DNA of 32,000 nucleotides from Thermoproteus tenax Kra 1. GTDB taxonomy: Archaea; Thermoproteota; Thermoprotei; Thermoproteales; Thermoproteaceae. Every line of letters starts with the position of its first letter. The stretch's first letter is position 1. Under the pieces are notes generated by a model. The model saw only the letters and a list, made by a program, of their open reading frames with translations. It searched no databases and was not told where the DNA came from. The translations under genes were made by a program, and so were the position numbers. This document shows, one piece after another, positions 1 to 8,884 of this stretch. The stretch spans positions 540,001 through 572,000 of the forward strand of contig NC_016070.1 of the NCBI RefSeq assembly GCF_000253055.1. Direction: 5' to 3'.

Positions 1-2
1 TA

Positions 3-233
3 GTGGGTCCCGAGGCCACTGTGGGCAGAGGCTCCTTCGTCTCCTACAGCGTAGTCGGCGCAGGCGCCGTATTGGAGCCCAATGTGGCGACCAGATCTGT
101 GTTGAGGGAGGGAAGGACGCGTTTACGCCCAATAGAGGTAAGAGGGCGCGAGTTCTACAAGCTTGGGGCTCTGATAGGGCGGGGCGAGAGGATAAGCGCT
201 GGGGCAGTCTTGGAGCCGGGCAGGGGCTTCTGA
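3..233 (+). CDS. 3' end of a hexapeptide-repeat (left-handed beta-helix) transferase-like gene; the 5' part lies upstream of the window
   Basis: The frame is open to the window edge. It shows imperfect hexad repeats (VGRGSFVSYSVVGAGAVLEPNV ... IGRGERISAGAVLEPG) typical of LbH C-terminal domains of nucleotidyl/acyl transferases. Its TGA overlaps the next ATG (TGATG, 231-235). Confidence 0.5.
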   Translation: MGPEATVGRGSFVSYSVVGAGAVLEPNVATRSVLREGRTRLRPIEVRGREFYKLGALIGRGERISAGAVLEPGRGF

Positions 234-1183
234 TGAGGCGCTCCATAGCAGACACAAAGGTTGAAGTAACTAGGCTGATCGCGCCGCACCATGTGAACCC
301 ATTGGGGACTCTCTACGGAGGATATATGCTACATTGGCTCGTCGATGCGGGGTCTATTGTGGCGACAGACCTGGCTGAGGCCAATGTGGCTCTAGGCTAC
401 CTCGACAGAATGCACTTCGTAGAGCCCATACGCGTCGGCGATATTGTGAAGTTCAGGTCTTGGGTCGTCTACGTAAGAAGAAGCAGTATAACTGTTCTAG
501 TAGAGTCCTACGTCAAGAGGGGAGATAAAATGCCCTTGGCGACTATTGCGCGTATGATCTTCGTGAAGCTTGGTGAGGACGGAAGGCCTGAGCCCGTCGG
601 AGCTGAGGTCTATGCGCAAAGCGAGTGGGAGCGCCTCCTCTTGAGCCACTTCTCGGAATGGAGGAACTCAATGGAGCACTTGTTGAGGGAGGAGAGGCCG
701 GCGGGCGATCTGCCAACTCTCGGCCACCTATTGGTGATGCCTGAAGATACAATCTACGGCAATATCATGTACGGCGGAAAGCTGCTCTATTACTTAGATC
801 AGCTGGCGGCCATAGCCGCCATGAACTTTAAGCCGAATATATACGTCACAGCGAGCGTCAACTCCATCAACTTCAGAAGGCCGATCCTGGTAGGTGATGT
901 AATCGAGGTGCAAGCCGATGTGGACTACGTGGGCCGGACGAGCCTTGAGGTCGCCTTTAAGGTCTACGCCAAGGGAACTAGAGGAAGACGCTATGTGGCC
1001 GGAGGATATATGACCTTTGTAAATATGACGGGCGGCAGGCCGACCCCCCTGGGCGAGGAGCTAATAAAAGATCCCGACGCCCTGAGGAGGAAGGAGATCG
1101 GTGTTGCGGAGGCGAAGGCCCTTAGGGCAGTGTACTACTCTGAAGAGGAGCCTGCGTATGCCGCTATGCTTCGAAGGTCTTGA
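233..1183 (+). CDS. acyl-CoA thioesterase/hydrolase with two tandem hotdog-fold domains
   Basis: The protein has two homologous halves with the acyl-CoA hydrolase pattern. The first half carries HHVNPLGTLYGGYMLHWLVDAGS...IRVGDIV and the second carries NIMYGGKLLYYLDQLAAIAA...ILVGDVI. Confidence 0.75.
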   Translation: MRRSIADTKVEVTRLIAPHHVNPLGTLYGGYMLHWLVDAGSIVATDLAEANVALGYLDRMHFVEPIRVGDIVKFRSWVVYVRRSSITVLVESYVKRGDKMPLATIARMIFVKLGEDGRPEPVGAEVYAQSEWERLLLSHFSEWRNSMEHLLREERPAGDLPTLGHLLVMPEDTIYGNIMYGGKLLYYLDQLAAIAAMNFKPNIYVTASVNSINFRRPILVGDVIEVQADVDYVGRTSLEVAFKVYAKGTRGRRYVAGGYMTFVNMTGGRPTPLGEELIKDPDALRRKEIGVAEAKALRAVYYSEEEPAYAAMLRRS

Positions 1184-1835
1184 TAATGTCCACTCCGTGG
1201 CTCGAGCCTATACGCGTGGCGCCCGCCTCTATCAACGAGAGGGCTTGTCTGGCGTTTCTAATGCCTCCAGCCGCCTTGATGCCCACGCTGTCGCCAACAG
1301 CCCTCTTGATCAGTTTGACGTCCTCGACGGAGACGCCTCTGGGGCCGTACCCTGTGTTCGTCTTTACAAAGTGCGCGCCGCTCTTGACGACGATCTTGGA
1401 CGCGTGGACGATCTCCTCTTGAGTGAGATACCCGGTCTCTATTATCACCTTGAGGATCACCCCGTAGTCGCGCGCCAGAGCGGCCAGAGCTCTTATATCT
1501 CTTTCAACTAACTCGTAGAGGCCCGCCTTGAATGCACCTATGTTCATCACCATGTCGAGCTCGTCAGCTCCGTCCTCTATAGCGGCCTCCGCCTCAGCCA
1601 ATTTGACTGAGGTCCTTGTTGCGCCGAAGGGGAAACCGACTACCGACATGACTTTGGCCCTACTACCTATGATGGACTTGGCCAAGGATACATACGCCGG
1701 GTTGACCATCACGCCCCAGAAGCCGTAGGTGAGGACCTCTCTGCAATATCTCTCTACGTCGGACGGCGTGGCGGCGGGGTTAAGTATTGTGTGATCTATC
1801 AACTTGGCCAGATCTTCGGCACTCTTTATCTCCAT
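1164..1835 (-). CDS. deoC: deoxyribose-phosphate aldolase
   Basis: The 223-aa class I aldolase shows DeoC-type motifs: LIDHTILNP, MSVVGFPFG, FVKTNTGY (Schiff-base Lys region) and IKAAGGIR. The ATG at 1835 lies about 23 nt from an AT-rich box. Confidence 0.85.
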   Translation of the reverse strand: MEIKSAEDLAKLIDHTILNPAATPSDVERYCREVLTYGFWGVMVNPAYVSLAKSIIGSRAKVMSVVGFPFGATRTSVKLAEAEAAIEDGADELDMVMNIGAFKAGLYELVERDIRALAALARDYGVILKVIIETGYLTQEEIVHASKIVVKSGAHFVKTNTGYGPRGVSVEDVKLIKRAVGDSVGIKAAGGIRNARQALSLIEAGATRIGSSHGVDIIKTFEA

Positions 1836-1850
1836 AGTTGAGTAGTGAAT

Positions 1851-1865
1851 CTTTAATATTTAATG
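1851..1865. promoter_or_regulatory. single AT-rich TATA-like box (CTTTAATATTTAATG) in the centre of the 43-bp divergent spacer between deoC and the PiT-like gene
   Basis: This is the only AT-rich element in 1836-1878. It lies about 21-25 nt from both start codons (ATG 1835 on the minus strand, GTG 1879 on the plus strand). Confidence 0.5.
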
Positions 1866-1878
1866 CGTCGGCAGCTCG

Positions 1879-2631
1879 GTGCTAATCGACTCCGTACTGT
1901 CGAATCTAGTGGTCCTCGCTCTGGTCTACAACAACGCCCTAGTCGTGTTGGGGCCCACTGTGTGGAGCGGCCTCAATCCCAGAAGGGCCTTGGTGGTCGC
2001 AATCGCCGCAGAGATGGCCGGAACGTTTCTGTCGCCTATGAGGACGGTGCATTTTCAGACCGACTATTATATCGTATCGCTCGTCTTCTATCTTATATTT
2101 ACTTATGTAAAGATTTCTTTACCCATTTCGGTATTTTTGTACTCGCTCAGAGGATTGACGGCTCAGTCTCTGGGGCTGTGGTTCGGAACGCCAGTGCCGG
2201 CCTTCGCCGTAGGCTACCTAATCTCCAGGACGTTGAAGCCCTCCATGGTGCTCGGCTATCTCGTCTTAGTGCTCGTCTCCTTCATGTTCGGCGCAAACAA
2301 CATAGCTTTCGTGAACAAGAGCCTATACGTCGTAGTCCCCATAGCTGTGGGCAACTACCTCGGGCTGAGTTTCTCCAGATGGATAGTCCGGCTCTACGCC
2401 TTCTCCTTCAGCGGCGCTATATCCGCCAGCCTTGCGGCGGCTGCGCTCGCCGCGTTGGGGACCGCGCTGGAGGTGCCCATGTCCTTCACGTTTCTGACTT
2501 ACAGCACTCTGTTGGGCGCAGCCGCCGCAAGGCGCCCGAGGATAATAAGAGTCTATGACTTCCTCAAAGCGCTCTCCTCTATTCTGCTGGCCCTGTTCTT
2601 GGCGTATGCCACTTTGTTAATGATAGGCTGA
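1879..2631 (+). CDS. polytopic membrane protein, short PiT/PHO4-like putative anion permease
   Basis: The 250-aa protein is hydrophobic throughout. YNNALVVLGPTVWSGLNPRRALVVAIAAEMAGTFL resembles the PiT signature GANDVANAfGTsVGSG..L..R.A...A...E..G. A second GANN motif occurs in FMFGANNIAFV. The start codon is GTG. Confidence 0.55.
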   Translation: MLIDSVLSNLVVLALVYNNALVVLGPTVWSGLNPRRALVVAIAAEMAGTFLSPMRTVHFQTDYYIVSLVFYLIFTYVKISLPISVFLYSLRGLTAQSLGLWFGTPVPAFAVGYLISRTLKPSMVLGYLVLVLVSFMFGANNIAFVNKSLYVVVPIAVGNYLGLSFSRWIVRLYAFSFSGAISASLAAAALAALGTALEVPMSFTFLTYSTLLGAAAARRPRIIRVYDFLKALSSILLALFLAYATLLMIG

Positions 2632-2666
2632 AGGAAATCGATTTAAGGACTTGAAACGTATGGAGT

Positions 2667-3986
2667 GTGAGACCTCTGGCCGAGCTGTTCTCCAAGCTGA
2701 TAGATAAAATTAGAGGAATAGATTACCTCGACGAGCAAGTCCTCACAGAGATAACTAGAGAGCTCCAGAGGTCCCTCTTGAAGGCGGATGTGCCCCTTGA
2801 TTTAATCAAGTCTTTCACAGACAGAGCAGTACAACGGATGAAGGAGGAGAGACCTCCGCCGGGGATACCTCTGAAGGACTACGTCATCTACATAATATAC
2901 GACGAGCTAGTCCGACTTTTGGGAGGGGAGGCTGAGGTCAATGTGGGTATCCCCAAGAGACCCTACGTAATAATGCTCTTGGGCGTTGAGGGTAGCGGAA
3001 AGACTACGACGGCCGCCAAAATAGCCCTCTTTTACCTCAAGAGGGGCGTCAAGCCAGGCTTGATCGAGACGGACACAATAAGGCCGGCGGCCTACGATCA
3101 ACTGAGGCAGTTGGCCGAAAAGATAGGCGTTCCCTTCTATGGCGAAAGGGAGGGCAGAGACGCGGTGGAGATAGCCAAGAGGGGGCTCGCGTCTCTGAAG
3201 AACGTCGACTTGGTAATTGTGGACACCGCGGGGCGCCATAGGAACGAGCAGGCCCTACTGGAGGAGGTGAGGGCCATCTACGAGGCGGTAAAGCCCGATG
3301 AGGTGATGTTGGTCGTCGACGCCACAGTCGGCAGACAAGCCGCCGCCCAAGCTGAGGCCTTTATGAAATATGTCCCCGTCCACAGCGTCGCCATCACCAA
3401 GATGGACAGCACCGCCAGAGGCGGCGGGGCGCTTGCAGCTGTGGCTAAGACGGGGGCTAGAGTGAAGTTCATAGGCGTGGGCGAGGGCGTCGATGAGCTT
3501 GAGCTATTCAATGCCAGAAAGTTTGTCGCAAGAGTGCTCGGCATGGGGGACCTCGAGAGTCTCGTCGAGCGCGTCAAAGCGGTCCTGGAGGAGGAGAAAA
3601 TCCTGGAAGACCTCGAGAGCGGCCGAATGGACTTATTGAGTTTCAAGAAACAATTGGACGCACTGCTCAAGTTGGGCCCATTGAGCAAAATAATGGAGCT
3701 TCTGCCGGGGACCCTCGCCTCTAAAATAAGCGAGGAGCAGATAGAGCTCTCTCAGAAGAACTTAAAGAAATGGCGAGCCATCTTGAGCTCGATGACCAAA
3801 GAGGAGTTGAAGGATCCGAGCATCTTAAACGCGTCGCGAATAAGGAGGATAGCTATTGGCGCCGGGGTGACTCCCAAAGATGTAAAAGATATGTTGAGGG
3901 CTTATGAGGCCATGAAGAGGATGTCTAAGGCCTTGAGGCGCCAGTATAGGCTTGCGTCAAGAAGAGGGGGCATTCCTCAGCCGTAG
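2667..3986 (+). CDS. srp54: signal recognition particle protein SRP54
   Basis: The SRP GTPase motifs are present: GVEGSGKTTTAAKIA, DTAGRH, TKMDS and LGMGDL. A C-terminal M domain follows. The GTG start is preceded by GATTTAAGG about 20 nt upstream. Confidence 0.95.
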   Translation: MRPLAELFSKLIDKIRGIDYLDEQVLTEITRELQRSLLKADVPLDLIKSFTDRAVQRMKEERPPPGIPLKDYVIYIIYDELVRLLGGEAEVNVGIPKRPYVIMLLGVEGSGKTTTAAKIALFYLKRGVKPGLIETDTIRPAAYDQLRQLAEKIGVPFYGEREGRDAVEIAKRGLASLKNVDLVIVDTAGRHRNEQALLEEVRAIYEAVKPDEVMLVVDATVGRQAAAQAEAFMKYVPVHSVAITKMDSTARGGGALAAVAKTGARVKFIGVGEGVDELELFNARKFVARVLGMGDLESLVERVKAVLEEEKILEDLESGRMDLLSFKKQLDALLKLGPLSKIMELLPGTLASKISEEQIELSQKNLKKWRAILSSMTKEELKDPSILNASRIRRIAIGAGVTPKDVKDMLRAYEAMKRMSKALRRQYRLASRRGGIPQP

Positions 3987-4444
3987 TGCGCACGTTCATA
4001 TTAGTGACCTCCCTCGATCGGTTCAACGAAGCTCCCTATTTACACGGAAAGGCGTTAGTCGCCTCGCTGCTTATCTCCAACGGCATCAGACACGATGCAG
4101 AATTCGTTATGTATCTGGTGGACGCCAGGATGGCGGTAAAAGTTCTGGGTAGCGCCGTGCGGTCGCTCTTTCCAGACGAAGAGTCGTCCACAGGTATCCT
4201 GAGGAAGGCGCTGAGGGGGGTGCGTCATCCTGGAGTCAGAGTTTTGAAAAATGTAGATCTGCGCGAGCTAAGTAGGGGGATCCTCGTCGATGGAAGGCCG
4301 GGCAACTGCAGAGTCAAAGGCGATTTCACCTATCTGGCCTACCTAGAGAGGCTGGACATCGACGTCGATTGCGGCTCAGGCCTCGGCGATATGCCGCCGC
4401 ACCATCAGTTCGCCGTAATAAACATCGAGGCCGATAGAGGGTAG
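3986..4444 (+). CDS. small SPOUT-like protein, possible TrmY (DUF358/COG1901) tRNA (pseudouridine54-N1)-methyltransferase homologue
   Basis: From memory, the 152-aa sequence resembles TrmY: an N-terminal (M)R.FI. start, the DAEFVMYLVD...VKVLGSAVRSLFPDEESSTGILRKAL block, and a C-terminal LGDMPPHHQFAVINIEAD similar to the knot region. It is coupled to srp54 (TAGTG) and abuts pus10. The call is unverified. Confidence 0.4.
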   Translation: MRTFILVTSLDRFNEAPYLHGKALVASLLISNGIRHDAEFVMYLVDARMAVKVLGSAVRSLFPDEESSTGILRKALRGVRHPGVRVLKNVDLRELSRGILVDGRPGNCRVKGDFTYLAYLERLDIDVDCGSGLGDMPPHHQFAVINIEADRG

Positions 4445-4446
4445 CG

Positions 4447-5679
4447 CTATTCAACCTCGAGCACATCTAGCTCCACTACATCGAGCTTGGCGCCTAGAGC
4501 TTCGGCGACGCTGGGAGTGGTCCTGCCCTCATCTCCGTTGATGAACTCCTTGACGTAGAGACCGCCCTGGCACCTCACGAAGAGCTCCAGTACGCGGTTG
4601 GTGATCAGGCGGCCTACGACGTTATAGACCATTCTCCTCCTCTTGGCCCTAGGGCTAAGCCTTTTGATCCTCCTCGGAGTCCTCTGGACTACGACGACGC
4701 CCTCTAGCTCTTTCAATTTCTCAAGGTCGCCGGCAGTTAACGGCTTGTCGGAGAGGGCGAGGGCTCTGTAGACTTTGATATTGGTCTTCGATTTTGCTTT
4801 CAATTCCCTTACGTCGTTCCTAGTCGCCGGCTTCAGCGGGGCCAATATTAGCTCCGCCGCTCTTAGTCCGGACAGATCGCCGGAGTATCTCCTAGGCTTC
4901 TTCACCTCTATGATCGCCGGGCGGCCGTTCCCCAACATACGGACGTCTACGTCCTCTCTCCCGGCCGCGTGGAGCACTAAGGCGGTGCCCCCGAATCTCT
5001 CTCTGACATGGTCTATTATCTCCTCTATGGTCTTCCTAGCCCCCGGCACTAGCTTGCCTTGAGACACCGATCTGCTCAACTTTATGTACGAGGTATATAG
5101 GAGAAGGGGGTTTTGCACCACTTTCACTTCGCCCGTTGTGAGATCCACAGTGGCCACTACGTCTGGCCTCTCCTTGTCGGCGGGCTTCCCGAGCCTCTCT
5201 CCGACCAGGCGCCCTATCCTTCGATTGACCTCGTGTTTTATAGACTCTGCAGTCTCCAGGCCCAATCTGGCTATCACCTCCCTCTCCCTATCTAGGACCT
5301 CCTTGGGAATATTGGAGCCGATTTGGAACGTGTTGATCTCCAGGCCCTCCAGCGCCTTCATGACTCCCTCTGAGTATTTCTCTACATCCTCCATTATGCC
5401 ACCGCATATATAGCACGAGGCCTCCTCGACGGCTATACCGTTCGCCCTCAAATAGCGACGAGTGGGTTGGTGGACTCGCGCGAGAGCCCGCAGGTCCTCC
5501 ACGACGTCGGACCCATATCTATACTCATAGATGAGGCGCATGTGGAGCACAGTCTTCAGAGCCCTCCCCCTCTCCTTGTTCTCTATGCCGTGTCCCATCG
5601 ACGCAAACAACCTCCCCAGACATGAGTCGCACAACGGGTATGCCCGCAACGCCTCTCTTGCCTTCTCGACCGGGTCCAC
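4447..5679 (-). CDS. pus10: tRNA pseudouridine(54/55) synthase Pus10
   Basis: An N-terminal Zn-ribbon is present (CDSCLGR...CYICGG). The catalytic block is AAGREDVDVRMLGNGRPAIIEV and the C-terminal motif is GGLYVKEFINGDEGRTTPS. The GTG start has AGCTTAAATAGCC about 24 nt upstream. Confidence 0.9.
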   Translation of the reverse strand: MDPVEKAREALRAYPLCDSCLGRLFASMGHGIENKERGRALKTVLHMRLIYEYRYGSDVVEDLRALARVHQPTRRYLRANGIAVEEASCYICGGIMEDVEKYSEGVMKALEGLEINTFQIGSNIPKEVLDREREVIARLGLETAESIKHEVNRRIGRLVGERLGKPADKERPDVVATVDLTTGEVKVVQNPLLLYTSYIKLSRSVSQGKLVPGARKTIEEIIDHVRERFGGTALVLHAAGREDVDVRMLGNGRPAIIEVKKPRRYSGDLSGLRAAELILAPLKPATRNDVRELKAKSKTNIKVYRALALSDKPLTAGDLEKLKELEGVVVVQRTPRRIKRLSPRAKRRRMVYNVVGRLITNRVLELFVRCQGGLYVKEFINGDEGRTTPSVAEALGAKLDVVELDVLEVE

Positions 5680-5712
5680 GGGCCTGCGGCGCCCAGGCTA
5701 TTTAAGCTTGCC

Positions 5713-6666
5713 TCAACTCGGCCAACGGCCTGAGAAAGGTATCTCCCGCCCCATGCCGGCCCTTAGAGCCCTCTCATACACTCTCTTCGCAACTACAAGG
5801 TCCTCGACGGCGATTCCCATCGACTTGAAGATAGTTATGGAGTACTCATTCGATCTGCCTCTAGCTTTGCCGGCCACTATGTCTGAGAGAGGCACAGCCC
5901 TCTCCAGGGCGTTGGCCTGAATGAGGTCGCCCGCCTCTTCTCTCGCCTGGACTACGTCGTCCACGGCGATTATGTCGGCCTTGGCCACCGCATCCGGCGC
6001 CAGCTCAGCTCTATGCGCCCAGTTGCTTCCGACCGCGTTTATGTGGATGCCGGGCTTGAGGTGCTCCCCTCTGATGAAAGGCTCTTGGGAGTTAGTTGCA
6101 GTACAGAGCACGTCAACGTCGGCAACCTCGGCGTAGCTCTCGGCGACGGTCGCCTCGTAGCCTCTCGATTTAACCATCTCGGCGAAGAGAATCGCATGGC
6201 CGGGCGTTCTGCTGTATATTTTCACTAGGGCCGGCCTCATCAGCTCGGCCAAGGCCTCAAACTGAGCCCTTGCCTGCCTCCCTGAGCCAACTATGCCCAA
6301 AGTCCTCGAGTTAGGGCGCGCCATATACTTTGTGGCAACTGCAGACGCGGCTCCGGTTCTGATCTGGCCCAGCCGATCGGCCTCAATTATTGCCAACAGC
6401 TCGCCCGACGCTACGTCGAACAGCAACACAACGAAACGGGACCCGCCTCGCGTGCTCAAGTATGTCTTAAGGCCTGCCACATTGTAGCTGCCGAGGACAA
6501 TGCCTTGAAGCGTGTGCAACACGGCCCCCTTAGTTATAGCCCTCCGTCTGGGGAGGTTTACAGCCTGGCCCTCAGCCATAAGGCGGAATGCGTCCTCGAC
6601 GGCGTTTATAGCGTCCCTGAAACTCAAAAGCTCGTTCACATCCCGCTCTGAGATCAGAAGAGCCAT
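5713..6666 (-). CDS. ornithine cyclodeaminase/mu-crystallin family NAD(P) enzyme (archaeal alanine dehydrogenase-like)
   Basis: The 317-aa protein has the family layout: an N-terminal RDAINAVEDAFR, then the Rossmann motif TLGIVGSGRQARAQ, then INAVGS. Confidence 0.75.
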   Translation of the reverse strand: MALLISERDVNELLSFRDAINAVEDAFRLMAEGQAVNLPRRRAITKGAVLHTLQGIVLGSYNVAGLKTYLSTRGGSRFVVLLFDVASGELLAIIEADRLGQIRTGAASAVATKYMARPNSRTLGIVGSGRQARAQFEALAELMRPALVKIYSRTPGHAILFAEMVKSRGYEATVAESYAEVADVDVLCTATNSQEPFIRGEHLKPGIHINAVGSNWAHRAELAPDAVAKADIIAVDDVVQAREEAGDLIQANALERAVPLSDIVAGKARGRSNEYSITIFKSMGIAVEDLVVAKRVYERALRAGMGREIPFSGRWPS

Positions 6667-6684
6667 GAAAAAGGTTGTAGTTAA

Positions 6685-7323
6685 TTATTTAGAGGTGCCG
6701 TACCAGGGCGCCCAGGTTCTCCACGCGGCCGTGTGGATAAATATGGCCTCTACGCCTATGAGCAACGCGATTATGCCAGCAACTACCAATAGAAACATAA
6801 GGAGGTACGCCATGCTTTTGCCCACGCTCTTCAGAGTCAGCGCTGGGCTTAAGACGCCCGCCAGACCTATTGAAAAGAACATCAAGCCTGCAAGCGCTGG
6901 CTCGTTCGTCAGCCCATAGACCCATATATCTACTCCATAGATGAGCGGGATTAAGGAGAGCGCCGCTATGCCAACGAGCGCCCCCCTCAGGCGGAGTTGT
7001 TCGCCCTCCCCCTGAGCTTCAGCCGTATACGTCAAATTGAAGAGGCCCAATATGATGAGCGCTACGCCGAAGATGGGCCACGCATCTGAGAAGATGAGAT
7101 TATACGAACTCGGGAAAGGCCATGTGGCAAGAGCCCACAAGCCGCTCGATAGTGCGTATATGCCCACTGCTAAATAGAAATAGCCAATAGATCTATTGAG
7201 AGAGGCCTTGCCGCTGCTCGGCGTTTTGGAGACTAGATTAACGTAAATCCAGTAGGCTGCGAGCAACGACGTAGTTCCTAATAGATCTAGCCACGAGTCA
7301 AGGGGGTCTATAAACAGAGGCAT
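6685..7323 (-). CDS. integral membrane protein of unknown function
   Basis: About six hydrophobic helices are visible. The ORF-track start at 7344 is a TTG codon, and the first ATG (MPLFIDPL) is at 7323. Confidence 0.65.
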   Translation of the reverse strand: MPLFIDPLDSWLDLLGTTSLLAAYWIYVNLVSKTPSSGKASLNRSIGYFYLAVGIYALSSGLWALATWPFPSSYNLIFSDAWPIFGVALIILGLFNLTYTAEAQGEGEQLRLRGALVGIAALSLIPLIYGVDIWVYGLTNEPALAGLMFFSIGLAGVLSPALTLKSVGKSMAYLLMFLLVVAGIIALLIGVEAIFIHTAAWRTWAPWYGTSK

Positions 7324-7449
7324 ATATCGATATATCGCCAACAATGAAATATCTTATTACATCGAAAAGAGAAATAGCGAAATATTATAAATTTTAATAT
7401 AATTATCATATTTTATTTTTTAAGCTTATAAAGTAATATTTTACATTAT

Positions 7450-8868
7450 TTATGATTTTCTCAATAGACTGTATGCCTTATAGCCCGACTTGCGCAGACG
7501 CTCCGCCACGTCCGCGCTCAACCCGCCGGTATAACAGTAGAAGACGTAAACGTTATCCCTTCCCATCTTCTCCACGAAGTCGAAGACCTTGTCTACGTCT
7601 ACTCTCACTGCGCCGGGCAGATGCCACTTGGCGTAGGACTCCTCATCGCGCAGATCCACTATGACGGCGCCCGGCGGAGGCTGGTCTATGACCACCGAGT
7701 GGGCCTCTGAAGACAACGATGTAGCTACCTCCCTCAGCTCGGTCTTTTTGTAGACCTTCGCCTCCGTAGCAGTTGCCTGTATTATGTCCCACAGAGCGAG
7801 GTCTATCGCCTCAATTTCGGCGGTTGAGGCCCAGCGTCTGGGCTCCCTTGAGAATATCGCGCAGTACTCAGGCACTTGCGTCGAGAGTTCGTAAGTCCCT
7901 ATCCTCTTGGCCGCCTCGACAATCTCCTCCTTGTCCAGGCCTATAAGCGGCCTCAAGACGGGCATGTCTATATCTTTCTCCACCGCGGAGAGAGCTTGGA
8001 GAGTCTGCGAGGAGACTTGGCCCAGGGACTCGCCCGTCACTATAGCTTGAGCCTTGGCCCTCCTCGCGATAACCTCTGCCAACCTGTACAAGGCTCTCTT
8101 GAACGCTATAGACCACAGATGGCTGTCGATGTTTCTCCTTATCGAGTCGGCTATCTTAGCGCAGTCAGCCACGTACACCCTCGCGTTGTAGCCGTACGAC
8201 CACTCGAGGAGCCTCTCGATCACCTTAAGTGTCGCCGAGAGAGCGAGCGAGCCTCCCAGGTTGCAGTGTAGAATGTCGGCGTAGGCCCCCCGCCTCATTA
8301 TATACCAAGCCGCGACCGGCGAGTCGATGCCGCCGGACACTAGGGCGAGTACCTTGCCCTCGGAGCCCAGGGGGAGCCCGCCGGGGCCGCGATACTCTTT
8401 ATCGAATGCGTACGCCCTATTTGCCCTAACTTCTATATAGAGCTCCACATCGGGGCGCTCTAGATCTACTTTGCCGCCGGCTTCCGCCAAGAGGGCCCCC
8501 ACCCTGGCGGCTACATCTCGCGAAGTGAAGTTGTGGACTCCTACTCTGTGAGCTCTCACGGCGAACTTCCTCCCGGCTACCTCCTTGGCCCACAGTCCAG
8601 CGGCCCATCTGGCCAACTCCTCTAGGCTGTCGAACGTAGTCTCATGGGCAGGGCTTGCCGACACGACTCCAAACACGCGGGCGGCCCTCGCGGCTACACA
8701 CTCGTCGTTCTCGCTATAGATAAATATACGGCCGGGCTCCCTCCTCATCGTGGACGTCCCGCATTCGGACGTCGCCTCTCTAATGGCTCTGATAAGTAGC
8801 TCTTCCATCTCCCTCCTAGTAGATCCTCTCTTGATCGCCAATTCGCCGTAACGCACAATTACTACCAC
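7450..8868 (-). CDS. thiI: tRNA 4-thiouridine synthase ThiI with C-terminal rhodanese domain
   Basis: The N-terminus VRYGELAIKRG leads into a THUMP region. The PP-loop is LVSGGIDSPVAAW. The C-terminal rhodanese-like domain carries Cys in VFYCYTGGLS. I place the start at GTG 8868 (VVVIVRYGELAIK). The 66 upstream codons of the track ORF are Arg/Ala-rich and overlap the divergent gene. Confidence 0.85.
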   Translation of the reverse strand: MVVIVRYGELAIKRGSTRREMEELLIRAIREATSECGTSTMRREPGRIFIYSENDECVAARAARVFGVVSASPAHETTFDSLEELARWAAGLWAKEVAGRKFAVRAHRVGVHNFTSRDVAARVGALLAEAGGKVDLERPDVELYIEVRANRAYAFDKEYRGPGGLPLGSEGKVLALVSGGIDSPVAAWYIMRRGAYADILHCNLGGSLALSATLKVIERLLEWSYGYNARVYVADCAKIADSIRRNIDSHLWSIAFKRALYRLAEVIARRAKAQAIVTGESLGQVSSQTLQALSAVEKDIDMPVLRPLIGLDKEEIVEAAKRIGTYELSTQVPEYCAIFSREPRRWASTAEIEAIDLALWDIIQATATEAKVYKKTELREVATSLSSEAHSVVIDQPPPGAVIVDLRDEESYAKWHLPGAVRVDVDKVFDFVEKMGRDNVYVFYCYTGGLSADVAERLRKSGYKAYSLLRKS

Positions 8869-8884
8869 GATGAAGTCTCCGACC

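Noticed and set aside
228-290. A possible C/D-box sRNA: CTGATGA at 230-236, CAGA 12 nt later, TGAAGTA, then CTGA.
   Set aside because: The D' and C' boxes are imperfect. The C'-to-D guide spacing is only about 7 nt instead of about 12. The region is the overlap junction of two coding genes. Other TGATGA occurrences I checked (1543, 6236, 10773, 10801, 18340, 20115, 22775 and the near-match ATGATGG around 27850 on the minus strand) also lack correctly spaced D/D' boxes.
1101-2558. Alternative-frame ORFs 1101-1511, 1180-1422, 1528-1728 and 1863-2558 (231 aa).
   Set aside because: They overlap deoC or the membrane-protein gene. The 231-aa product is extremely Arg-rich (RRQLGANRLR...RNRRRDGRN) and has no promoter-consistent start, whereas the competing frames give a bona fide DeoC and a coherent polytopic membrane protein.
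7345-7449. A 105-bp extremely AT-rich spacer, considered as a replication-origin unwinding element or ncRNA locus.
   Set aside because: I could see no ORB-like repeats and there is no adjacent cdc6/orc1. In a hyperthermophile a structured RNA would be GC-rich. The spacer is adequately explained as the thiI terminator plus the promoter of the membrane-protein gene.
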